Shown piece after piece: positions 40,176 through 50,761 of a stretch of DNA of 64,000 nucleotides. The notes beneath the pieces were generated by a model. The model did no database searches. It was not told where the DNA came from and saw only the letters and a list, made by a program, of their open reading frames with translations. How positions within the stretch are numbered: the first letter of the stretch is position 1; each line of letters opens with the position of its first letter. Made by a program: the position numbers and the translations under genes. The stretch comes from a virus (taxonomy: Duplodnaviria; Caudoviricetes), in the IMG/VR virus record IMGVR_UViG_3300033073_001332, positions 1 to 64,000 of that record; one strand, given 5' to 3'.

Positions 40176-43100
40176 TTAGTTTTTAATGTATAAAATAACT
40201 TCAAAATAGTATTCAATAAAATGCTCATTCCATAAATCCCATTTTATATCAACACCATCAACTGAATAAACTTCGTAGTTTTCAAATTGTGGTAAGATAT
40301 TATCTCTAAAATATCTAAATCTAACTTTATCTTTTTGACTTCTTAAATGCCATTCACCTGCAATTTTTTTAATGTTTTGTTTAATGAATGGTATATTTTC
40401 TTGTTTGAAAATTTCATATTCTCCACCTTCACAATCCGTCTTTAAAAAATCAATTTTTTGTAAACCATAAAGATTAACCAACTTATCAAATGTTATTGAT
40501 TCCATATGTGATTCACCTCCGAATAATTGGTCACATTCAACAATGCCATTGGTGTCAGATAAACCTTTGTTGATGTGAGTTACAGGGTGACCTATTGTGT
40601 TTTTAATAAGTGTTGTAAATTCACTTTCACTTGGTTCTACACAAAATACATGTTTTGGTTTTTTATGTAAAATTGAATATGTAAATGGTCCGATACTTGC
40701 TCCAACATCCAAAACAACATCACCTTTTTCGACCTCAAAGAATTTCTCATAAATGTTATTATTAAAAATTTCTTCTGTTATTGCACCTTTATGGAATTCT
40801 GCCAATTCTCTATCTGTGTCCATCCAACCCCAATCAAATTCAGATTTTGTAATAATTTCTTCTTTTGTTGGTTCTTCTTTGTTTATTATTTTTTCAATTC
40901 GTTCAATAACCATTTGGGAAGTTATTTCTTTTGTACACTCAAATTGTTTTTTAGTTCCTTTATGTTTTGGACACCAATTCCAATCACCAGCATCTAATCT
41001 ATTCCAATTAAAACATCCGTGACATACATTTTCATTAATCACTCTATATGTATCTAATGTTGTTTCTGCCCATTTTTCACTAAATCCTGAAATCAAAACA
41101 ACAGGTAATTCACACGCCCAAGCCAACCACGAAAGACCTGAACCTAAACCGATAAAGAACTCACAAGTTGATAAATCATTAATTACTTCTTGAACTGAAC
41201 CTCCTTTGAATTTTGTAACTCCTTTTGGATGTTTATTACCCATATACCCATCTTCTTCTCTTGAATATATCATAACTTCATATCCTAAGTTTTTTAAATA
41301 ATCAACAACTTCTTGCCATCCCGTTGGGTTGTTCCAATATTTTGCTTGTGCCGTTGAGTGAACTCCAATGCCGACTTTTTTCTTTTTTTCTACTTTTGGT
41401 AAATTAAGTTTCGGTCTAATTTCTTTATAATCTAATCCTAAAATATCCGATGCGCATTGTTGTAATGGAATTTGTTTGAAATCTGTTTTATGAACATTTC
41501 GGTCCCAATTCTCATCTGTACCCTCCTCTTCTGTGTAATACCAACCAATATTATATTGTGCTACAATATTGTTTACAACGGTTCCTGGCTCAACAAATTG
41601 AATTTCAGGGTATTGGTCTTTGAATAAGTCATTTAAGAATGTGCAAACAATTAATTCACATTGGTGTTTCTTTCTAAACTCCTCAACATATGGGAACCAA
41701 GATAAAGTATCACCTAACGATTTAGAACCAAATGAAATGAAAACCCTTTTATTTTTGTAATCATTTGTATTCGTATAAATTAATTCATCATTTTCTCTAA
41801 CCTCAACTCTCCAATTCGTATAATATTGTTTATTCATTTTAACCCAACTATTAATACCAATATCTTGATTATAAACAAGTTGGTTGTTGTCAAAAAATCT
41901 TATGTTTAGTTTATTGTCCGTCTTACCGTTGATTTCTAAATACGGATTAATTATGTAATGATTTAAAATACTATAATCATTTTTAATTTCTTCATTTTTC
42001 ATAAAATCTAATTCTAACACTTTTTTATAAAATTTAAGTAAATCACCACCCAAGTCAGATTTTTCTTTTAGTTGGTAGGTTTCTTTATTTTTAATCAATG
42101 ATAATAACTTATCTGATTTTAAATCAATTGTGTCAGAATCATTTATTTCTGTAATATAACCATCAAACATACCCATATATTGAGGTAAATTTCTAGCCAT
42201 TATTTTCATTCCATAACTTGCAGCTTCTCTAATAACCAATGGATTACACTCCCATGTTGAGTTAAACATTAAAACATCACAAGCCCTCATAAAATCATCC
42301 ACATCATTTCGTTCATACCATACCGTTACATTTGGTGGTAAGTTTTGCATGATAGGGGACCAATAATCTTCAAAGTTCGGTGCTTGGTTCCCTAAAAAAT
42401 GGAAATGAACATCTTTATTTTTTTCCCATAAATTTCTTGCGATTTCAACACCTTCACCTTGATTTTTACCTGATGTCCACAAACCAACATTCAACACATG
42501 AGTTTTGAAAAGGTCTAATCCTAATTTTTCTCTTTTGTTAATTTTTTCAATCATTGGGACTTTGAATTCATCGTTGTAGATTTGGTGACTTTCCTTTATT
42601 TCTGAAACAAAATCTTCAATCGGATAAAGGTGTAGTTCTTTATATGAAGGTTCGTTTTTAAATGTTTCTTTTAAATGAAATGGAGTTACAAGTGAATATG
42701 CATCTGGTCTAACTTTTCTATTTGCAGGATTAAACCAAATATTATGACACGACTCAACAATTTTCCAAGTCCTATCATTTGAAAAAATACCATTTAATAA
42801 AGTTTTTGAAACTCTGTTAAACTCTTCAAAGCCTTCACTTATTTCTTCAAAATGAACAATATCAATATTGTTATCTCTGATTATATCAATAAGTCTTTCT
42901 TTTTTCTCTTCTTCTTTTTCTTCGCCAATAACACTTAAATTGAAGAAATGATTTTCATCAAATAAATCTAATATTTGATTTCTTTGAACAATATACGTCC
43001 CGCTAAATAAACAAAACTCAACTAAAAATATTTCTAATTCATCTTTATGTTTTTGTAACTCCTGTATTCTTTTTAAAAGGAATTGTGGCATACCTCCTGT

Positions 43101-44756
43101 TGAAAGGTGTGGTGTAACATAAAGTAATTTAATTTTATTGTTTGATTTATTTTTATTTAAACTTTCCCAATAGGCTATTTCCATATCATCTTCATAATCT
43201 TGGTCTCTACCTTCTGAATCTGAAAAACTTGGTCCTTGTGTAAATAACATTGGTACGGTGATGCCAAAATCAAATTTCTTATGTCTATCATTATGAATAA
43301 ATCTGTAAGTGTCGGACGAACAATCATTTAAAAACATATCAACCGCACACATATAAAAAGGACTTGATGGTGTTAAATACTCGGTCATAATAGTCATCCA
43401 ATGTTCAACAAAATGTCTTTTGTAAAATAGCGATTGCGTACATAACATTTCTTCAAATGAACCATGTGTTTTACCTTTTAATTTAATCTCAGTTCTTGGT
43501 AATAATTTAACTCCTAAACCAACAACATCATAATTAGAAATGGTCTCATCCCAATTATCAAAAATCGCATCTATTTCACTTTTCGATACTCCATTCATTA
43601 ATTTAATATCATCTTCAAATACTATTACATTTTGAGCATCAGTTGATAAAAATTTAGAAAACAAATTAACGTATGCTGCATTACATCCCATTTTTCTATA
43701 TTCGGGATTATATAATATCACACCATCAATAAATTCATATCCCGTAATTTCTAATTCATTCAAAAGTTTAATAACACTTTCTTTTCTATCTGTTCGATGA
43801 GGTAAATTTATCACGTAACCCGCATCTGCAATTTTCTTATTTTTATAGTATAAACCTTTTAATTGTTCCATCATTTTATCTATTATGTTTAATCTTTTTT
43901 CTCCGTGAATGAAGAATAAATCTTCCCTTTTTGCTGGGACCATTAACCAATCCTTAATATATCTTGGTTCACCTGTAAATGTAGTTTTATTGTTTATTAA
44001 ATCAATTGTTTCTAAAGTCCCATTCACATAAACACTTGGGAGACCCTTATCAATTTTATATTTCCATAATAGACAATTAACAATAGTCTCTTCATGGTAT
44101 GCTGCATATTTTACCGTATTGTTTTTAATAATTGGATTATGACACATTTCCATCCATTCATTTATAAAATCTAATGAATTTTGACCTGCAAGATAATACC
44201 CTGTTTGTCTATATCCGGCTTGAAATCTAAATGATTGGTCTACATTATACAAATCACAGATTGGGTGTTCTAAAGTTTTTGTTAAATCGTCACCACCATT
44301 TCCAACACCATCCCACGACATAAAATCATATACTCCTTTTGTAAAATATGGAGTTGTTTCATCTTCAGGATATAAATCAAATATCTTTTCTAAGTTTGGT
44401 AAACAGACCGTATCTGCGTCTAAATAACATACCGTTTCTGAGTAATTTTCTAAAACATCTTTTGTGATAAAAGGTCTTTGAATTAAAGTATCATAAATTT
44501 CAATTTGGTTTCTATCAATATAAAAAGACCCGTCATTGTTTACCTCGTATAGGGTTTCACTTTTTCTAATATCACAAATTAGTTTTTTTACATAAACGTT
44601 TTCTTCGTTTATTTCTTCAAAATAATTTAACAAATAGACAAAGATTGGTAGATTAGAATAAGACCTTATACTTTTGATTGTTTTTTTTATTATTGGTAGA
44701 TAGTTCACATTCCCGTATAATAGAAATGATTTTTTGAATTTTTCTTTATTTTCCAT
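40176..44756 (-). CDS. multidomain glycosyltransferase: GT-A + GT25-like + GT4-like + AAH/TibC-like heptosyltransferase + FkbM methyltransferase
   Basis: YLDADT; YVINLPHRTDRK..FEDD; STGGMP..ECNPLVIRE; SLGDTL..GLGSGLSWLAW..VCHGC..WCP..FECT; LDVGASIG..FLKTDCEGGE. Confidence 0.85.
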   Translation of the reverse strand: MENKEKFKKSFLLYGNVNYLPIIKKTIKSIRSYSNLPIFVYLLNYFEEINEENVYVKKLICDIRKSETLYEVNNDGSFYIDRNQIEIYDTLIQRPFITKDVLENYSETVCYLDADTVCLPNLEKIFDLYPEDETTPYFTKGVYDFMSWDGVGNGGDDLTKTLEHPICDLYNVDQSFRFQAGYRQTGYYLAGQNSLDFINEWMEMCHNPIIKNNTVKYAAYHEETIVNCLLWKYKIDKGLPSVYVNGTLETIDLINNKTTFTGEPRYIKDWLMVPAKREDLFFIHGEKRLNIIDKMMEQLKGLYYKNKKIADAGYVINLPHRTDRKESVIKLLNELEITGYEFIDGVILYNPEYRKMGCNAAYVNLFSKFLSTDAQNVIVFEDDIKLMNGVSKSEIDAIFDNWDETISNYDVVGLGVKLLPRTEIKLKGKTHGSFEEMLCTQSLFYKRHFVEHWMTIMTEYLTPSSPFYMCAVDMFLNDCSSDTYRFIHNDRHKKFDFGITVPMLFTQGPSFSDSEGRDQDYEDDMEIAYWESLNKNKSNNKIKLLYVTPHLSTGGMPQFLLKRIQELQKHKDELEIFLVEFCLFSGTYIVQRNQILDLFDENHFFNLSVIGEEKEEEKKERLIDIIRDNNIDIVHFEEISEGFEEFNRVSKTLLNGIFSNDRTWKIVESCHNIWFNPANRKVRPDAYSLVTPFHLKETFKNEPSYKELHLYPIEDFVSEIKESHQIYNDEFKVPMIEKINKREKLGLDLFKTHVLNVGLWTSGKNQGEGVEIARNLWEKNKDVHFHFLGNQAPNFEDYWSPIMQNLPPNVTVWYERNDVDDFMRACDVLMFNSTWECNPLVIREAASYGMKIMARNLPQYMGMFDGYITEINDSDTIDLKSDKLLSLIKNKETYQLKEKSDLGGDLLKFYKKVLELDFMKNEEIKNDYSILNHYIINPYLEINGKTDNKLNIRFFDNNQLVYNQDIGINSWVKMNKQYYTNWRVEVRENDELIYTNTNDYKNKRVFISFGSKSLGDTLSWFPYVEEFRKKHQCELIVCTFLNDLFKDQYPEIQFVEPGTVVNNIVAQYNIGWYYTEEEGTDENWDRNVHKTDFKQIPLQQCASDILGLDYKEIRPKLNLPKVEKKKKVGIGVHSTAQAKYWNNPTGWQEVVDYLKNLGYEVMIYSREEDGYMGNKHPKGVTKFKGGSVQEVINDLSTCEFFIGLGSGLSWLAWACELPVVLISGFSEKWAETTLDTYRVINENVCHGCFNWNRLDAGDWNWCPKHKGTKKQFECTKEITSQMVIERIEKIINKEEPTKEEIITKSEFDWGWMDTDRELAEFHKGAITEEIFNNNIYEKFFEVEKGDVVLDVGASIGPFTYSILHKKPKHVFCVEPSESEFTTLIKNTIGHPVTHINKGLSDTNGIVECDQLFGGESHMESITFDKLVNLYGLQKIDFLKTDCEGGEYEIFKQENIPFIKQNIKKIAGEWHLRSQKDKVRFRYFRDNILPQFENYEVYSVDGVDIKWDLWNEHFIEYYFEVILYIKN

Positions 44757-44808
44757 CAATAAAAAGATAAGACTTACGAACGACTAAATGAAGTATTTAT
44801 AAAATAAA

Positions 44809-45816
44809 ATGCCAACACCAAACAAAATAAAATTTACAACAACTCAATCTAATGGGACTATAAAGGTTGGTAATTATATTGTTGGTGTAAGTAGTGGGGT
44901 AACCTACGGACCAACATCGGTAACAGGATTTTATCAAAGTTTAGCTCCCGTAACGAGTGGTTTTACTATACATCAAAATAAAGCAACTTTAGGACCATCC
45001 ACTTTTAGACCTAATAATGATACTGAATTTATTAATTTAACAAAAAAATTAGGGGGTAATGTTACAGGAGTAACTGATAGTTTAGTATACCTGTCATCTC
45101 AATCCGATATAATCGTATTGAATCGAACATATGAGGAAATTGTAACCAGTGGTTTAACTTTTTGTGTGGATGCTGGATATACTCCATCATATTTAAGGTC
45201 AGGAACTACTTGGACTGATTTAAGTTTTAGTGGTAGTAATGGGACTTTAACTAATGGACCAACATTCGATATTAATAATGGTGGTTCTATAGTGTTTGAT
45301 GGTGTGAATGATTATGTAAATTTTGGTAATAAGAATTTAGGTTTAGATTTAGTAAATAAATCATTTTGTGCTTGGGTTTATCTTGGGTCGACACTTGCAA
45401 ATCCAACTGGTATTATTGATAAAGATTTTGATACAGGTCCTGGTGTTTACGGTGGTTGGGGATTTTGGGTAGGTTCTGACAGAAAGCTTTGGTGGTGGAA
45501 TACTGCAAACCAAGATATAAGAGATACGGGAACTGCAATTGGAACTAATGTTTGGACTCACGTTGCGGTAACATATAATGCCTCAACAAAAACAGCTACA
45601 TTCTATCTAAACGGAACCTTTAATTCAAGTGCTTCAAACTCAAGTGTAAGTGAACTATCCTCAAGTACCCAACCATTGGTAATAGGTTGTATAAGAAACG
45701 CCGTTGGAGCGTTTTTGAACGGTAGAATCGCAAATGTTTTAGCTTATAATCGAATTTTATCAGCATCTGAAGTTTCACAAAATTACAACGCTCAAAAATC
45801 AAGATTCGGTCTTTAA
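44809..45816 (+). CDS. LamG/concanavalin-like domain virion protein
   Basis: DAG..SY..SGTTW.DLS, FDGVNDY, WTHVAVTY, YNRILSASEV.QNYNA. Confidence 0.82.
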   Translation: MPTPNKIKFTTTQSNGTIKVGNYIVGVSSGVTYGPTSVTGFYQSLAPVTSGFTIHQNKATLGPSTFRPNNDTEFINLTKKLGGNVTGVTDSLVYLSSQSDIIVLNRTYEEIVTSGLTFCVDAGYTPSYLRSGTTWTDLSFSGSNGTLTNGPTFDINNGGSIVFDGVNDYVNFGNKNLGLDLVNKSFCAWVYLGSTLANPTGIIDKDFDTGPGVYGGWGFWVGSDRKLWWWNTANQDIRDTGTAIGTNVWTHVAVTYNASTKTATFYLNGTFNSSASNSSVSELSSSTQPLVIGCIRNAVGAFLNGRIANVLAYNRILSASEVSQNYNAQKSRFGL

Positions 45817-45859
45817 TTAAATTCTTTTTTTTTATTATTACTTTCTTATCTTTCATAGT

Positions 45860-46792
45860 ATGAAAGACATTTGTTTAGATTTAACGGGATGTAGGGCTTT
45901 AGGTGATACTTTATGTGTTACACCAACAATTAGAAAATTATATAATTCATATAATAGAAAAATATCAGTTATTACAAATAATCCTGACCTATTTCAAACA
46001 AACAATTATATCAAAAACATTTATGATATTAATGTTGATAGGGACGTATTAAAAATGTCATACGATATATTTGATACTTTTGATTTATCATACAAAGATA
46101 ATGGTGTATGTAATAAACATAACGCCATGGATATTAGACAATTTCATGCGGTGTCATTAGGGTTTATGTTAAATAAAGAAGAAATGACTTTAGATTACAG
46201 ACCGAACACCAATTGTATGATACCTAACTTACCTAAAAAATATGTATTAATACATTCAGTTCAGAATTGGAATTCAAGAACTTGGTCGTTTGATAATTGG
46301 AGGTTATTAACAAAATTATTAAATGAGAAGGGTATTGCGGTTATATCGGTAGGGAAAGACTCATCAGAAACAGGAGGTTCAAATGTTGAAAAACCTGCCT
46401 TTGATTTCGATATTGAAAATGGTTTGAATTTAGTTAATAAAACTACTCTTGATGAAACATGGCATTTAATATCAAATTCTTTATGTTTTGTAACGATGGA
46501 TTCAGGTCTACTACATTTAGCAGGAACAACCGATGCTGAAATTATTCAACTTGGTAGTTCAATAAATCCTGAGTTTAGGTCACCATTTAGAAATGGTTCA
46601 CAAGAATACAAATATCATTATGTAAGAGGTGGTTGCGGATTAAATTGTGCGTCTGATGTAAAATATGGTGTTAGAGAGTGGGGTTCAATACATGGAGTTC
46701 CTCCTTTAGTTGATTGTTTAGAACGAAAATCAACATTCGAGTGTCACCCAACGGTAATGCAAGTCTATAATAAAATAATAGAACTGATTTAA
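45860..46792 (+). CDS. GT9-family (heptosyltransferase-like) glycosyltransferase
   Basis: ALGDTLCVTP, MDSGLLHLAG, C-terminal Cys cluster ending FECHP. Confidence 0.8.
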   Translation: MKDICLDLTGCRALGDTLCVTPTIRKLYNSYNRKISVITNNPDLFQTNNYIKNIYDINVDRDVLKMSYDIFDTFDLSYKDNGVCNKHNAMDIRQFHAVSLGFMLNKEEMTLDYRPNTNCMIPNLPKKYVLIHSVQNWNSRTWSFDNWRLLTKLLNEKGIAVISVGKDSSETGGSNVEKPAFDFDIENGLNLVNKTTLDETWHLISNSLCFVTMDSGLLHLAGTTDAEIIQLGSSINPEFRSPFRNGSQEYKYHYVRGGCGLNCASDVKYGVREWGSIHGVPPLVDCLERKSTFECHPTVMQVYNKIIELI

Positions 46793-46817
46793 ATGGTATT
46801 TATCTAATAAAGATTAG

Positions 46818-48449
46818 ATGCCAAACGGAATTAAATATAATATAAGTGCAGAATCTTTAGCATTAAAAAAAGGTAATTTTTATATTGCAACAGGTGATGT
46901 AGGTAAAGGACCGACAAGTACTTCAGGATTTTATAACGGTATAACACCTCCTGCCAATGGATATACAATATATTTAAATAAGGGTAGTGGAGGGCCATCA
47001 ATTTATGTCGCGTCAAATGATTCAGAATTAATCTCAGTAACTAATAAAATTTCCGGGTCAAATTATAGTACAGTGGCTCAATGCCTATCCTACTTTGCTG
47101 AACAGACAGATAAGATGGTTTTGAATAATGATTACTCCCCAACCATCACAAATGGTTTAGTTTTGAATTTAGATGCTGGATTTACACCATCTTATCCAAG
47201 AAATGGTACAACTTGGTATGATATAAGTGTTTCTGGTCCCAATAACGTTACATTAACAAACGGTCCCACATATAATAGTATCGGTTACTTAACTTTTGAT
47301 GGGTCAGATGATTATGCTAATTTTTATGCTCCTAGTTTAGGAACAACAACAACTGTTGAGATGTTATGTAAGATGGGTTCGGCATATGATGGTAAAATGT
47401 TTTTTGGGTTTCTATATTATGACGTTTGGTGTGGAAATTCATGTTTAGGATATAATACATCTTTTGGTGATTTGTATGGTATATCGTCATCGTCAGTATC
47501 TTCACTAGGGTTGGTAGGTAATTGGAAACATTATGTATTTGAAATGAGAAGTGATGTTTCATATACAAATAATAAAATATTTATAAACGGCGTTTCACAA
47601 ACCCTGTCACAACAATTTGGGAGTGAAAACTCAAACGCAAGAAACTTCAATTCAGGTTCAGGTCGAATCTCATCTTGGTTAGCCGATTTGAATTATCCTA
47701 TGCCAATGGACACTATATATTTTAGGGTGTATAATAGAGCTTTAACTACATCAGAAATTACTCAAAATTATTATGGAGGTAATGTAGTGACAAATGGATT
47801 GATATTATTTTTAGACGGTGGGAATATTATATCGTACCCCGAAACAGGAACGGTATGGTATGATATGACAACAAGTAATTATTCTGTCACAGGAAGTAAT
47901 CTTCAACTAGGTAAAAATAGTAGATATTCATTATTTAGTGATGGTAATAATCCTGAAATTGCAACATCAGCTATCCTGAATAATGATTACCATACTATTG
48001 AAATGGTATTGATGTTTAAGGGTACAGGAGATTATCCAAACGGATGGACAGGAAGTTGGGAGCAGTTTTTTGGGTACTATAGTGGTGGTAGTGATAGGTC
48101 GCCAGGTGTATGGAGATGGCCTTCTGAGAGAAGAATACACTGGAGATATGACCCTGGAAATACTGGTGTAGATTTTGGAAAAAATTTAGCATATGATGAA
48201 TTTGATTTAAATACGTATTACCATATAACCGTTACAAAAAATGGTGGTATAGCAGAAGCATGGGTAAATGGTACATTTGTAAATTCTAATAGTGTTTCAT
48301 CACCAAAAACATCAGGTAACTCTGTATTAAGATTTTTTGACTACTATACTAGTGGTCTTATGGAAATACAGGTGTGTAAAATATATAACCGAGTTTTGAC
48401 AAACCAAGAAATATATCAAAACTATAACTCTTTGGCTAATAGATTTTAA
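46818..48449 (+). CDS. tandem LamG-domain virion protein
   Basis: Two LDAG/LDGG...YNR(A/V)LT..EI.QNY units; N-terminal domain shared with paralogs. Confidence 0.82.
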   Translation: MPNGIKYNISAESLALKKGNFYIATGDVGKGPTSTSGFYNGITPPANGYTIYLNKGSGGPSIYVASNDSELISVTNKISGSNYSTVAQCLSYFAEQTDKMVLNNDYSPTITNGLVLNLDAGFTPSYPRNGTTWYDISVSGPNNVTLTNGPTYNSIGYLTFDGSDDYANFYAPSLGTTTTVEMLCKMGSAYDGKMFFGFLYYDVWCGNSCLGYNTSFGDLYGISSSSVSSLGLVGNWKHYVFEMRSDVSYTNNKIFINGVSQTLSQQFGSENSNARNFNSGSGRISSWLADLNYPMPMDTIYFRVYNRALTTSEITQNYYGGNVVTNGLILFLDGGNIISYPETGTVWYDMTTSNYSVTGSNLQLGKNSRYSLFSDGNNPEIATSAILNNDYHTIEMVLMFKGTGDYPNGWTGSWEQFFGYYSGGSDRSPGVWRWPSERRIHWRYDPGNTGVDFGKNLAYDEFDLNTYYHITVTKNGGIAEAWVNGTFVNSNSVSSPKTSGNSVLRFFDYYTSGLMEIQVCKIYNRVLTNQEIYQNYNSLANRF

Positions 48450-48451
48450 TT

Positions 48452-48550
48452 ATGGGGCAAATTCATGGAAATTGTGCGGAATGTGGTCAAAACGGACCAT
48501 TAGATAAAAACAACAAATGCTCTGTTTGTGGAACAAAAAATAATAGATAA
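48452..48550 (+). CDS. tiny CxxC..CxxC zinc-ribbon peptide
   Basis: Translated by hand: MGQIHGNCAECGQNGPLDKNNKCSVCGTKNNR; TAATG coupling to the next gene. Confidence 0.55.
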   Translation: MGQIHGNCAECGQNGPLDKNNKCSVCGTKNNR

Positions 48551-49548
48551 TGGCAAACACTATAAAATATTCAACAACGGGAGACACTTTATCAATTAAA
48601 AAAGGTAATTGGTTTATTGGTACTGGAGATGTTGGTAAAGGTCCTTCATCCACCACAGGTCATTGGGCTGCAATAGCACCAAATACAGGAGGTTATACAA
48701 TTTATGAAAATAAAAATGCAAATGGACCATCCATTAGAGTTGCTCCAGATGGTGGTGAATTAGTAAAATGGACAGGAACTTTTTATAGTGGTGTTAATAT
48801 TACGGATGTATATAGTGCGATAACTCATTTAAATACAAACACAACAACGATGGTTGTAAATAAAGAGTACGAGTCAATTATTACAAATGGTTTAGTATTT
48901 TCTGTAGATGCGGGATTTGTAACTTCATATTATACAAGTGGTTCAGTATGGAGAGATATTAGTTTGAATGGTACCACAGGTACACTATTTAATTCCCCTA
49001 CCTATTCAGGAGTGTCAGGTGGATTTTTAAGATTTAGTAAATCTAGTTCACAATATGCAACATCAACAAATATTGGTAGTATATCTAATTGGACTGCAGA
49101 GGTATGGGTCAGATTCAACTCATCTTTGAATGGTCAAGTTGCTATGGTGATTGGTAATCAGTTTAACGGTACTAACGCAATAAACTTCACAATAGGTACA
49201 AATGGAGCTCCTGGCTCATATAACATTCAGGCAGGTTTTTTTGATGGTTCATGGAGAAATACAACGGGATTCGCACCTGCACTTAATACTTGGTATCATA
49301 TTGTAGGTACTTATGATGGTTCAACAATCCGACAATACGTAAACGGTGTTGCTTCAGGAGGAACTTTGAATTATGTCGGAACACCTACATCAGGAGGTGA
49401 AATAAGAATGATGAGAAGATGGGACGACATTGTAAGTTCATCAAATCTTATTGATGGAGATTTAGCAATTGCTAGAGTTTATAATAGAGCGTTATCCGCA
49501 ACTGAAGTTTCAACAAACTATAACGCACAACTAGCAAGATTCTCATAA
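48550..49548 (+). CDS. LamG-domain virion protein
   Basis: Shared N-terminal domain; WYHIVGTYDG, YNRALSATEV..NYNA. Confidence 0.82.
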   Translation: MANTIKYSTTGDTLSIKKGNWFIGTGDVGKGPSSTTGHWAAIAPNTGGYTIYENKNANGPSIRVAPDGGELVKWTGTFYSGVNITDVYSAITHLNTNTTTMVVNKEYESIITNGLVFSVDAGFVTSYYTSGSVWRDISLNGTTGTLFNSPTYSGVSGGFLRFSKSSSQYATSTNIGSISNWTAEVWVRFNSSLNGQVAMVIGNQFNGTNAINFTIGTNGAPGSYNIQAGFFDGSWRNTTGFAPALNTWYHIVGTYDGSTIRQYVNGVASGGTLNYVGTPTSGGEIRMMRRWDDIVSSSNLIDGDLAIARVYNRALSATEVSTNYNAQLARFS

Positions 49549-49566
49549 TAAATAAAAAATAATATA

Positions 49567-49833
49567 ATGGTGATTTTACAAGATTATGACGACAGAAAAT
49601 TCATGATTTTTAATGTAAGTGAATTAGGTCAAATAGATTTTACAACCGTATTAGAAACATCCGCAGAAACGGTAAGAAAATCAGTTGATGGTACAAAAAC
49701 ATTTGTTAAATGGGAGGGTGTAATACCATCCTGTGTAAATAATTTAACCACTAAACAAGGTCCATATACGTATGATGAAATGATAACAATTTTATCAACA
49801 CCTGAATGGACAACACCAATGACATTAATATAA
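49567..49833 (+). CDS. small phage protein associated with the LamG genes
   Basis: ETSAETVRKSVDGTKTFVKW..EW. Confidence 0.7.
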   Translation: MVILQDYDDRKFMIFNVSELGQIDFTTVLETSAETVRKSVDGTKTFVKWEGVIPSCVNNLTTKQGPYTYDEMITILSTPEWTTPMTLI

Positions 49834-50624
49834 TGCCAACATCAAGACCATTCGCATATAATACAGGTTCTGCGATTGCGGGAACTCAACAATTTGGTAG
49901 TATTGCGGTAGGAACGCCAACATCAGGAGTTACTGGTAACCCAAGATGGTGGAATGGTCCCGATGAAGAGTTAGGTTATGTAATTGCTCAATCAGTTCCT
50001 GAAAACACTCAACCGGCACCTGATGGGTCAACATCATCGATTGGTTTTTTTAGGTCAACCGCACTTACGGAAAGTTCATTTATTCAAATCGCACAAAGGG
50101 TATCCGTAAATCAAACATTTGCCACGGGAAATGATGCGTACTTGTGGTTAACGGGGAATAGTTATTGGTCGTCTTGGGTATATAGTGCAACAAGTAGTGG
50201 TGTTACATTTGCCCAAACGTTTACGTCAGGAGCCGCTCCTGGAACAACAATAGAAAATGCTTGGACTACGTTTAGAGGTCAGTTAACAGGAACATATACT
50301 AAATTTGATTTTTATAGTTCAAACGGTCAAGGATATACTGGTATTACTGACGCAGTGAAAGTACAACAATTAGCAAATGCTCTACGTACAGGAACTACAG
50401 GTGTTTCCTTTACAACTTCAATTAGTGGTGTTACATGGTTAGTGACTTGTTGTGCTTGCAGGGCCGGTGGAGTTATAAATGGAGCGGTTGAGTTTTCAAA
50501 TGTTGCCGCATGTAGTGGTAGTAGTACTGCATCGTTAAGACCATTTATTAATAATGCGAACTGGGGAGGTATCGGGTCAACTGTAGGTGCAGCTACTCAA
50601 ACATTAACTCTTAAATTTTATTAG
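49833..50624 (+). CDS. putative structural protein
   Basis: Start MPTSRPFAYNTG; WWNGPDEELGYVI; Gly/Thr-rich. Confidence 0.7.
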   Translation: MPTSRPFAYNTGSAIAGTQQFGSIAVGTPTSGVTGNPRWWNGPDEELGYVIAQSVPENTQPAPDGSTSSIGFFRSTALTESSFIQIAQRVSVNQTFATGNDAYLWLTGNSYWSSWVYSATSSGVTFAQTFTSGAAPGTTIENAWTTFRGQLTGTYTKFDFYSSNGQGYTGITDAVKVQQLANALRTGTTGVSFTTSISGVTWLVTCCACRAGGVINGAVEFSNVAACSGSSTASLRPFINNANWGGIGSTVGAATQTLTLKFY

Positions 50625-50626
50625 AT

Positions 50627-50761
50627 ATGGTAACATACGACGTAATAGAAATAGAAACAGGAAACATTATCTTATCAGACACAACACAAGAGGAATGTTT
50701 ACAATGGATAGAAGATTATGGTAATATTATAGATTATACTATACAAGAACATCAATATTAA
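50627..50761 (+). CDS. small acidic hypothetical protein
   Basis: Translated by hand, 44 aa, starting MVTYDVIEIETGNII. Confidence 0.5.
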   Translation: MVTYDVIEIETGNIILSDTTQEECLQWIEDYGNIIDYTIQEHQY

